The notes under the pieces are model-generated. The model did no database searches. It saw nothing but the letters and a program-made list of their open reading frames with translations, and had not been told where the DNA came from. From Balanoglossus misakiensis (Eukaryota; Animalia; Hemichordata), in assembly GCA_040954595.2 (NCBI GenBank), contig CM082597.2, positions 5,089,244-5,153,243 of the forward strand: DNA of 64,000 nucleotides. The letters are read 5' to 3'. The translations under genes were made by a program, and so were the position numbers. Shown here piece by piece: positions 54,601 through 64,000 of this stretch (positions are counted from its first letter, which is position 1; each line of letters opens with the position of its first letter).

Positions 54601-57600
54601 TTCAGTAGCAGAAAACATCAATTGTCCACCAAAAGAAATTAACCAAAATGAACTCAAAGTCAGCACCTTTGTTCCTAACGTTTTATGATGTTCTGGTGTT
54701 TTCGTTTCTATTTCAAGAGTTTTGTAAGACCGTTTGTCTTAAGCTAATAGCAATGTGTTAATGCATAGCCAGCATTGGCTTTGCTCTCAATTGAAGTATG
54801 GTATACATGTACATGAAGGATAAAGGATAGATATGTAGTGTAATAAGTGTTATGTTTTCTCTTACAGATCAGTGAAGAGTTACAAGTTATGAGAGATTCT
54901 CTGCGAAATCTACGTGCTAGTTTTAGTGGCCATGATCCGCAACATCATACATTAGACACATTAGAACAAGTGAGTTGTTATTTCAGTATCATCGTCATAT
55001 AGGTGACAAGAATGGGATGAGAGCGGTGTTGTTATTCTTGTAAGAGAGAAAATTTGTAGCCATGTGTATGTATGTATGTATGTATGTATGTATGTATGTA
55101 TGTATGTATGTATGTATGTATGTATGTATGTATGTATGTATGTATGTATGTATGTATGTATGTATGTATGTATGTACGGTTGTATGTGCCTATAATTCAT
55201 TCATGTACACATGTCAATGCAAGTGATCTACCAGTGGATTGCAAATATTGTATTAAAAATAATTGTGTAATTACAAGCACTGTATGTCATTGAAGTTTAT
55301 ATTTCAGGCATGGCATATATTGTTAGTGTCAACATGTTTTTAGTAAACTAAGCTTTTTGAAACTGTATAATACTTGTATACATTCATGATGTATTTATAT
55401 TTTATTTCAGAGTATAGCAGCTTTAGTTGACAGAGTCAGGGTATCACGTTCAAGACGAAATAGTGATTCTGTAAGTATGATTGTAACAGGCCAGGCCGGT
55501 ACCTCTTTCAAGATTAGTTCAGTATTTAAGCTATCTATACCCCTCCCTTCTTTTCTCCACCAAGTTCTCTTGTCCATCCAGATTTGTTGCATAACTCTGG
55601 GTACTCATATTATCCTTATTTTCTTATAAATTTCAGAGTTCAACAGAAAGTGTATCAAGGCATGGTTATTTACAAGAAAGAGATCCTAGAAGGTCACCGA
55701 TAACTTCATTCAACAGTAAGTATCATTCCTGGCCAGATCTGAGGAAATCTGATTAGTTTTACTGTCATGGGTTCTAACATGGTCTAATTTGTTTCTAGTT
55801 TTGTCAGCTTGCTCATCCTGTAGTCTTTTTCATGATTGCAAGTTTTGTGACAGTTTATAATGCATCGAAATTACATACACCTGTTTAGAATGCATCGAAA
55901 TCAGTAAAGAGCTAAATTACATACACAGCCTTGTCTGCTTGTGGCTCAAATGTTTGGAAACTCGAACATCTGTCAAACATGGTTAAATGATAAGACAATT
56001 CGCCGTTTATTTTCTCAGTAAAATCATTGGCTTCCATTGAGAAGGAACTCCTCTTTGATCTCCCCACAAGTTTTGATGAGACAGGTATTGTTGATACAAC
56101 TGACCTGTGCATGGGTGACAGGATAAATTCAACAATCGTGGTTTACACGGTATTTTCAAGGCTCCCCCAAAAGGTGTATATTCTCCCAGGTTAAAGTGTA
56201 TGGAAATTATTCTCCCAGCTCTATTCTATCACAAGGTGGCACTTAGATTTCCACCTCAGTTTTGCATGCATCTGTTACTGAAGCTACAATTTTTGATCCT
56301 AGAGCTGGAATTTGAAATAATGCACAGCCTTCTGTTCTATGTTTGTGACTTTTAAGCTTTGTGAAATGTTTATTCCAAACTGGAAAAAAATATTGGGTAC
56401 AGTAAATGTTTTATGCCATTCCCTTGCTAACTTAGCAAGCCTAAACACTGAAAGAATGAGGGTTGCAGATAAAATTACTTTAGGGTAAAAAGGATCTTTG
56501 TTTATGATTTTAAGCAATAATTACCCATTGCCCAATAATTACTTAAAGAGTTATTCAAAGCAATGGAGATACATCAAAGGAAGTTGGTTGAGGGTATAAA
56601 AAATAATTATAAAATAGCTATCTTTCTTTTTATATGCAGTTGTTTAAATTTGTTTTTTAAAATGTTAGTGAGCAATTATGTAAAATGTATATAAACTTGA
56701 TAATGGCACATGCATGTTTCAAACATCAGTTACTTTCTTGCAATTGTCTATATTATGCAGAAGGAAATCATTGAATGTACAATTCACTGGTCCATTTCTG
56801 TTTCCATTTCAGTGTCTGGTGGTGTGTCACCGTACACAAATGGTCCATCATCAGTGCCATGTACCAAAGTTCTCTACTTCACAGAAAGAACCGTCACTCC
56901 GTTTATGTCTTCCATTCCAAAAAGGTGAGTTTATCTGTCCATCTCTCTGTTGCAATATATATCTACTGATGATATTGTGCTTAGTTTTTGTGCATGGCTT
57001 ATGAATGCACACCTTATTTGACAACTACTGATAACAGAACCAAGGTATTTAAAGTTTTCATTGAAGTTGAAATTCAAAATGGCCATCAACCTTTCTGCAA
57101 CTAAATTTGACTCAATTTAAAAATAAAGTGGATAGCAGTTATTGGTTTAGTCATACCTAATATCCCTGTTGGTTGAACTCTAAGTACATGTTATTGTATT
57201 TTGTTTGTTTTTATATTTTCAGGTTAGGTGAAATCACTCTTAGAGACTTTAAAGAAATCTTTGATCGGCTTGGAAACTACAGATTTCACTTCAAAGCTTT
57301 GGATCCAGAGTTTGGAACTGTTAAGGAAGAGGTAACTGAGATGCTTACATTAACTTTATAGTTGTAATGTACAGTCTGGTTCATTTCGATATTTGGTAAT
57401 TGCTATGTTCCTTGTTCCTGTGACTGGGCCAATCAGTACCAGTTGCCAGCCAGTGTGCCATTATGTGTAGTGACAAACTGAAGCAAATTTTGACATAAAG
57501 CACAAACATAACTTGCTGCTTATTTCTTTGATTTATACTACAATTCTGTCTTTGTTGTTTCAGGTGACAAGTGACGATGACATTGTACCGGGATGGGAAG

Positions 57601-57638
57601 GCAAGATAGTGGCGTGGATTGAGGAGGATAATGGATAG
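48508..57638 (+). CDS. DIXDC1: Dixin / DIX domain-containing protein 1 (Ccd1), common coding exons: 48508-48637, 48874-48999, 50045-50294, 51114-51197, 51493-51698, 52193-52329, 52490-52579, 52804-52908, 53112-53216, 53598-53744, 54000-54104, 54304-54414, 54868-54969, 55411-55470, 55637-55715, 56813-56924, 57223-57331, 57564-57638
   Basis: CH domain [53 protein letters not shown]; coiled coil; [17 protein letters not shown]; DIX domain [56 protein letters not shown]. 18 exons, all GT-AG and phase-consistent, 2133 nt. Confidence 0.95.
48874..48999 (+). CDS. DIXDC1: DIXDC1 exon (CH domain)
   Basis: [41 protein letters not shown]; phase 1-1. Confidence 0.92.
50045..50294 (+). CDS. DIXDC1: DIXDC1 exon (CH end plus linker)
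   Basis: [23 protein letters not shown]...; phase 1-2. Confidence 0.9.
51114..51698 (+). CDS. DIXDC1: DIXDC1 two Ser/Pro-rich linker exons (51114-51197, 51493-51698)
   Basis: Open frames with many SP/TP sites; phases 2-2 and 2-1; GTAAGT and GTAAGA donors. Confidence 0.8.
52193..55715 (+). CDS. DIXDC1: DIXDC1 coiled-coil and post-coil exons (10 exons)
   Basis: Heptad-rich peptides ([40 protein letters not shown]); mostly phase-0 junctions. Confidence 0.88.
55066..55176. repeat. (TATG)n microsatellite
   Basis: About 27 perfect units. Confidence 0.97.
56019..56084 (+). CDS. DIXDC1: Candidate DIXDC1 cassette exon (66 bp, phase 1-1)
   Basis: ttattttctcAG|...CAG|GTATTG; open frame (I)[21 protein letters not shown]. 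Confidence 0.45.
56813..57638 (+). CDS. DIXDC1: DIXDC1 DIX-domain exons (56813-56924, 57223-57331, 57564-57638)
   Basis: Canonical DIX motifs; TAG stop at 57636-57638. Confidence 0.95.
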
Positions 57639-58991
57639 ATGGCCGGCCACAAAGCACGGCCATGCTGTATCCAAAAGACTGTGTTAACTACCCACCCCAA
57701 TCACCAACTGTCCACACACAGTGGTGGAGTCCTGACAGTGTTTCCGTTGGTGAAGGTTAATCCATGCTATACTGGATAGGAGTGTTCAGTGGGGTCATAT
57801 TCGTTGGAAACAAAAGTTCACGTCGAAGACTAGTCATAACAGTATACAACTGTGATCGAAAAATCTTTCTGTGTGTGACATCTCAGGCTGTATAATTCAC
57901 AAAGCCTAAGATCCCATGTAGCATAGTATGCCCAAGATGATAGCCACCCTTGCGATGGATGTATTCCACTCTCAACAGAAAATGGCTTTGTGAACCCCAG
58001 TGTAAGTTACAAGTGGTCTTTTGCCACAACTATTTGACAGTATATCTATTCTCTGAAGCTGAACTGAAATCGCATATGTGTGAAATAGACACTTAATGCT
58101 GCACTGTGTCAACCTTTCGATGATGTACCGGTAACGTAAACAAAGTTTGTGTTGTACTGTTGATGCTGTTACACAAGAAGTTCCATGAAGACCAACTACA
58201 TGTAACTGTGGTGTCAGAACTGTAAACATGATGTGGCTGCTAGACTTCATGAACAATACAAATTAGCAGATATAAGTAGCTGAAAGCAGAATGAAGACAT
58301 ACCTGGCTCATGTTGTTTTTAAATTTCCTGACTTTATAGTCATAATGTTGCAATCTTTGTGTTTTTAACCTTTGTTTTTTCTCCTCTGCCTCGTTTTTTT
58401 GTTTGCAACATTTCTTGCCTTATAAACATATTTGCCTTTTTATTTGACCCTTCGTGAAGATCGTTTCTTAAAAATAAATTGGGGTGTTTTACAGAGCAAC
58501 TTAACCTTTATACAATCATTGAGTGGTCCAGATCTCTTTGTTTTCTATGGTAATCTTGGACCACTTCACATCACATAGGGGTGGAGAAGCATAGTTGTGT
58601 GCCATTTTTTTGTTAATATTTTGCACCGTCCAAATAAAAAATAATAAGGTATTAAACTCAGATTTTTTTGCAATTACTTTTGCAAGAAAACCAAAGATTT
58701 TATTACTGCATTTTGTGTTTTTCCCTTATAAGTATTTATACTATAAAAATGAATATATGTATTTACTTTGGTAAATGTAAATATCTATTGTCATGTAAAT
58801 AGCATGCAAATGAGGTCAAAGGGCACATGCAGCTGGTAGAAGCATGAAGAGAAATGGCTAATCACTGTACTTAAAATTTTGTAGTTGTAATTTTGGTTCT
58901 GAACACAATCAGTGTGGCTTAAAGTTATTGAATATATTTCTAGTGTCACTTTCGTTGACTCAGGATCCTTTTATCAAAGCCAGATCATTTT

Positions 58992-59003
58992 AATAAAAAT
59001 AAA
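58992..59003 (+). terminator. Tandem AATAAA polyadenylation signals, likely DIXDC1 3' end
   Basis: AATAAA-AATAAA followed by a T/GT-rich tract (59025-59050), about 1.35 kb after the stop. Confidence 0.55.
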
Positions 59004-59158
59004 CATTTTTTTCAAATGCTATATGACTTGTCTGTCTTCACTTTTTGTTCCACACAAAGTCCAATAGACTAGTGGATGGGACTGTTAACCAGTAGAGCCA
59101 TAACTTATACATGCCTGGACCGATTTCTTTTAGATATTATACAATGAAAATGTACTAG

Positions 59159-59292
59159 ATGGGGTGACTAATACCGTTTCACAATTAAGGGCATGGGATG
59201 ACTAATACCGTTACACAATTAAGGGCATGGGATGACTAATACCGTTACACACTTAAGGTCATGGGGTGACTAATACCGTTACACAATTAAGG
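59159..59292. repeat. 34-bp minisatellite, 4 copies
   Basis: ATGGG(G/A)TGACTAATACCGTT(A/T)CACAATTAAGG(G/T)C units with no spacers. Confidence 0.95.
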
Positions 59293-59450
59293 TTTAGATA
59301 TAATAGTTTGGATCAGACCAAAAATTAAGTGATAGAAGTAAATGTATACATGTTGTATGTCCATGTGTGGGTTGTGCATTGAACTATGGCACGTTCCAGT
59401 GAGTAGATCAAGAAAAATAGCCTATCAAAATTGAATAACCAAAAACTACT

Positions 59451-59468
59451 CACTTTCGCTTTCACTTC
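59451..59468. promoter_or_regulatory. ISRE/IRF-binding element upstream of the GBP gene
   Basis: CACTTTCGCTTTCACTTC = GAAGTGAAAGCGAAAGTG on the minus strand (AANNGAAANNGAAA). Confidence 0.55.
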
Positions 59469-60955
59469 ATATTTTGGTTGGCACATGTTCATCCCATATG
59501 CTGGTGACACACTTATTTCTGCAGTTTAAAAATTTGATTTTAGTTATTTCTGTGTTTGGGTTAATTCAATCTAATTTTAATTCTAATTGGGAATTCAGTT
59601 TAACTGCAAATGCGAAATCATGGAATTTCGCACACATAAACATGTGTACATGTATATAACTTCTCTATCCAAATGGAACATTAGACACGTAAATCACTGG
59701 GGTTAACCCGCATGAAATATGTTGTGCGGCCCACACACCTTCGCTCGGCCATAGCTTATGTTGTTACCCAAAGAGTTATTTGCATATGAACAGAAAAAAA
59801 TCACTTGAACAGCTAAAGGTTATTGAAACCTTTTGCCCCTCATTGGTCGTCGCTTCAGTCATAGACAGTAGAAGGGTTTCACTCAACGTTTGGGGAAGCT
59901 TGGGAGACGAACCCGCATTGATACAAATGTGAGTACCGCATTTTATGATCAAATATTTTATTTCGAAAAAATTATACGTGCTATAATCAAGATTATTTGA
60001 TCAGATTTATTGGGTGTTAGCGTGACCCAGTGCGTAGCACAGTAGTGTCGCAATGTTTAAGGCACTTACAAATTGTTTTGTGAAACCATGGAGCTGCAGC
60101 TGTTATACACCCATGAAACCCAATCGTGTTGCTTAGTCCGTATGGGCGCTTTGTGTGTGCTTATGAATTCCTCTATTAAGCAATGACTTGGTAGCAACTT
60201 GGGGTATAATAGGCTGATATCCGATGGTAAACCACGAGCAGAGAGGTGACTATTTCCGGGTGTAAAGAGCGAGCAAGGTACGGGGTTATCTCTGGGGAGA
60301 CATACCCGCACCAGCGGTACAGAATGTGGCGGTTTATGACTGCTTATGACGAGTTTGAAACTGTGTATTAGTTTATGCTGACATCAGTTTGTAATGCAAG
60401 TGACTTTTCATCAATGTTTGAGACAGATCAACGTCCTTTCATATGTGTGCAATTTTTGCACTTGTATTGTCCATTTTGTAGAGCAACACACATAAACTGA
60501 CCAATATACCATGCCATCGAACTTTGTACACACTCGATGGCACGCAAATAAATTAAAGCCTTTCCGCGTATTACTTGAGTTGACCTCCTCGGAGGTTGTA
60601 AATCATCAGACACTAAATTTCAACTTACATGAATAACAGAAATAAAACTTGAATTTTTAAGTGCACTTTCCTCGTATAGGCAAAATGCAACATGTAGAAG
60701 CAGTAGATAATGGGGGCGTGAGAATGGACGAATTGGAACTTTGACATCTACTATAGATCGTTCATGAGGATGGATGGGTGAACCAAATATATCTATATCT
60801 AACAATTTACTAACATTGACCTATGACATGTGTGCCAAGCAATTGGTCTACACATGATCAGAAATATCTCGTATCTGAATTTTACCTTATCGACATCACG
60901 TGTTATTTTCCAGCGTTTTCTGTTTCTTAATTTATTATAGTTATGCGTTGAACAG

Positions 60956-61220
60956 ATGGACGAAGGTGACATCTTGGGGATTTTGGAACGGCTCGAAGCA
61001 AAGGATGTTGAACACCTATGCGTGCTCTGTGACCTTGACAAGGGGTTCATAGAGCGGCTGTTGGCAGACAGAACAACGGGTTCAGCTGCCAAGGTCACCA
61101 AAGTTATTGAGGTGTTGCTGAAGAAACATAAAGAAGAGACGAACAATATACTCCAAGAAAAGCTCAGTGCATTAGACTTACACCGAACTGACCAAAGATT
61201 CGTACTCGATGATTATCGCG
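60956..61220 (+). CDS. GBP-like gene first coding exon: about 88-aa all-helical death-fold-like (DED/PYD/Death) domain
   Basis: ILGILERLEAKDVEHLCVLCDL...VIEVLLKK...NILQEKLSALDLHRTDQRFV has an amphipathic six-helix pattern; the phase-1 donor G|GTATGT joins the GTPase exons. Confidence 0.6.
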
Positions 61221-64000
61221 GTATGTATTAAACGTTTTAGAAGCTGTTTAAAGTCCATTTTACTTGGGCGTTATGGGAGTATAGGTGTCTTTGTTTTGTA
61301 ATTCACCCGGATTGCACGATTGATGTAGATCTGTAACGCTTATAACATCAAAATCTAGACAAAAGTGCAGATATAGGAAGAAGTTGTCATGATATAAAGC
61401 ATGTCCAACTCAAACATTCTCTTAATTGTTGTCGTCGGCGTTTCTTTACAGGTAGAAAAAGATTAAGCTGTTCTTATGTCCTTGGAGATGCGGAGAGGGA
61501 TGGTGCTCAAGGTAACATAATGACATATCCGCATCTATTGGCAATACTTTCGTGGTTTAAATAGGACATAGGTTATTATGTAGGACACTAACTTGACTCC
61601 TATTAAAGGTATACGGTCACCTATGGAAAAATAGCTATAGTTACCATGGCAAATTGAGATCTAGCCAATCACAGATTATCAGTGGGTGGCACACGCGAAA
61701 AAAAGAGCGCCACAATATGTACTTTAGAACTCTCAAATACGCCATTTCAGCCATATTATGGGCGTGTGTAAATTGGAGGTGACTGTATACCTTTAACTCT
61801 CCATTGACAAGTGCCAAACTCCATGGTCTGTTTTTAGACACAGGATCACAGCATGCCTGTGTACCCCTCTGCTACCCAAGCAATCATTACTGGGACGTTG
61901 AAAAGAGGGAACTGATAGAAACAGACGAAGAGGAAGATGGCAGTTTTGTTGTTTGCCCGGACGCACTGAACATTCTCCGCCAGATAGATGGTCCAATCTG
62001 TCCCGTGGCTGTGATGGGCCCTGCGAGGTCAGGGAAATCGTACATCACCAGTCAACTGCAGGAACCAAGACCGAGTGACTGTATATTCAGAATGTCTAAG
62101 AATATGGATCCAGAAACAAAGGGTATGGTGTATCATATTATTTGCATTCTTATACATGCCCAATATTAGGCCGTCACTGCAAGTTTGACGTTTCAGGGGG
62201 GTAGACAACCGATATTTTAGTTTACTTCAATTCTTCCCCTGGGGCAAGTTTCTAACATTTCCCAGAGAGTAGTCGCACGCAATATCACTTTTGATTAGAC
62301 AGTGCATTTATCTCCATACAGGCAGAGTTTACGAAATTCAATTAACATTTTTTTCACGCTATGTCGAATTACACATAGAATTGCAATTGCTGTGTAGCTT
62401 AAATGGTGAGTTTCGTTTCCATTGTCAGGCATATGGATCAACACTTCTCCTTTTAAGAAGGTACTTGATGATGGAAAGGAAGTCACAGTCGTTCTTCTTG
62501 ACACGGAGGGATTCGGGTCACACGCTGCCTATGGAGATCCAGAGATGAACATGTTTTGCCTGACCGTCCTCTTGTCGTCTGTTCTCATATACAACAGTGT
62601 CGGCGTGCCAAGAGCCGACGATTTGTATAAGTTCAAGTAAGGTCATTGATGTTGCACCATCAGTTGTGTATATTGCAGCTATTTGCGCATGTACTGTGAT
62701 ATTCTGACTGGTACTGTCATTAAAGAACACACTCACGCACACTATTAAATTAAAAGTAAATACACACGGTGTTCGTTGGTATCGGAAGTTGCCGGAATAT
62801 ACATTTTTGTATATGTGCTGTATTATTTTACAGTTGCGCAACACAAAAGATACATATAAGCTTAAAATACTCAATATCACTGTTTACGGTTTTTCCTTCA
62901 GTTGGGTTCTTGAACTCGTGAATTCAATTCAAGTACGGGATGAAGACGACACGTCAGCGGCAGGAGAGTTCATTCACTTCTTTCCAAACTTCCTCTGGTT
63001 ACTACGCGATGTGCAACTGCAGCCGATAATTGACGGGCATGAAGTCAGCATTAAGGAATATGTTCTTACCAAGGTAGACTATTAACTGAGATTTATTTTC
63101 CATGCGAATTTTGAAGGATTTGGTGTCAGTGATATCAGTACCAAGCTGAGTATAAGATGTAAAAATTGCAGAAATCCGCCATCTTGATATTCTGTCGACC
63201 ACATGAGATTTTTACCACTCACCTAGGTAGCAGAAATCTATTTAAGGTATTCAGAATTTACTCACTCACTTAGGTAGCAAAAACCTATTTAAGTTAGTGA
63301 GCATTGGAAACATCACGACTTTCCACGTTCGCCTCCATTGTCAGGTGTTTGGTTTTGAGCCGGAGGGAAAGAAGCGAGCAGCCAAACAGAATAATCAGAT
63401 TCGCACCGCTATGCTAACCTACTTTCCTGATTTTGAAGTCTACGCCCTCCCACTACCGTCTGCTGACAGTGAGGTACTCGGTAACATGGACAGCGGCAGA
63501 TATCGAAAATCGTTGAGGCTGGATTTCGTCGAAGCTGTCGACGCTCTGTCAGCTACTGCCGCCAAAGTCATGAAAGCGAAAACAGCATGGCCCTTTGCTG
63601 GCTACGTCAACGGCATCGGTAAGTACAATACTTGAACCTTAACCAAGTTACTTTCCGACAATTGTTTTTTCCTTTCTAGTGTAATTCATTCACTATTGAA
63701 AACTAATGTTTGAGTGAGAGGTGTATATATTTTATAGTACAGCATTGTCCCAAGAAAATTTTCTCCACAACTTTATGAATCAATTTGCTACATGTTTGTG
63801 TATATAGCTATATCGTCCATGCATGTTACAGTAGTTTCTGATTACCTGCTAGTTATTTTAAATATTTTTTTTCAAGAATTTACCGAGTTATTGACAAACT
63901 ATGTCCAGTGCCTGACGAGTGGACCCGTCGATGTGCTGTCTGTTTGGGACGGCGTCTTGAAGAACGTCTTCAACAAGGCAATCCGAGAAGCATTCAGTCA
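60956..64000 (+). CDS. Guanylate-binding protein family GTPase with an N-terminal death-fold-like domain: join of 60956-61220, 61452-61511, 61838-62122, 62429-62636, 62902-63073, 63345-63618, 63877->64000 (partial)
   Basis: G1 VAVMGPARSGKS, G2 ETKGIW, G3 LLDTEG, LLSSVLIYNS, FFPNFLWLLRD, NNQIRTAMLTYFP..LPLP, LTNYVQCL; every junction is GT-AG and phase-consistent. Confidence 0.92.
61603..61796. mobile_element. TTAA-flanked MITE, family A copy 2 (inverted relative to 1306-1498)
   Basis: TTAA-AGGTATACGGTCACCT ... AGGTGACTGTATACCT-TTAA; the interior is the reverse complement of copy 1 (CAGTGGGTGGCACACGCGAAAAAAAGAGCGC). Confidence 0.87.

Noticed and set aside
59159-59292. CRISPR-like array of about 34-bp repeats
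   Set aside because: Units are contiguous with no unique spacers, there are no cas genes, and the context is eukaryotic.

Overview
This window is eukaryotic, intron-rich DNA from an invertebrate deuterostome-like genome (hemichordate, echinoderm or amphioxus type; inferred from gene content and repeat types). Three spliced genes were reconstructed by hand with phase-consistent GT-AG junctions. (1) Minus strand, 7899 to 66: the first five coding exons of a KMT2A/B (MLL1/trithorax) histone methyltransferase, with menin-binding motif, FxGF LEDGF-binding motif, AT-hooks, SNL1/SNL2 and the start of the CXXC finger; it runs off the left edge. (2) Plus strand: DIXDC1/Ccd1 (dixin; CH, coiled coil, DIX), with 18 common coding exons at 48508-57638 (about 710 aa) and no start codon of its own. 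Up to seven candidate alternative first coding exons lie at 16-47 kb, all ending in phase 0 and each giving a different N-terminus; one has an N-myristoylation consensus. (3) Plus strand, 60956 to >64000: a guanylate-binding protein (GBP) family GTPase with an N-terminal death-fold-like exon and an ISRE/IRF-like element upstream. The window also holds several MITE families (TTAA-flanked, TA-flanked, and a palindrome with a 9-bp TSD), micro/minisatellites and local duplications. There are no prokaryotic features, CRISPR arrays, tRNAs or rRNAs. All coordinates were read by eye and no searches were run.
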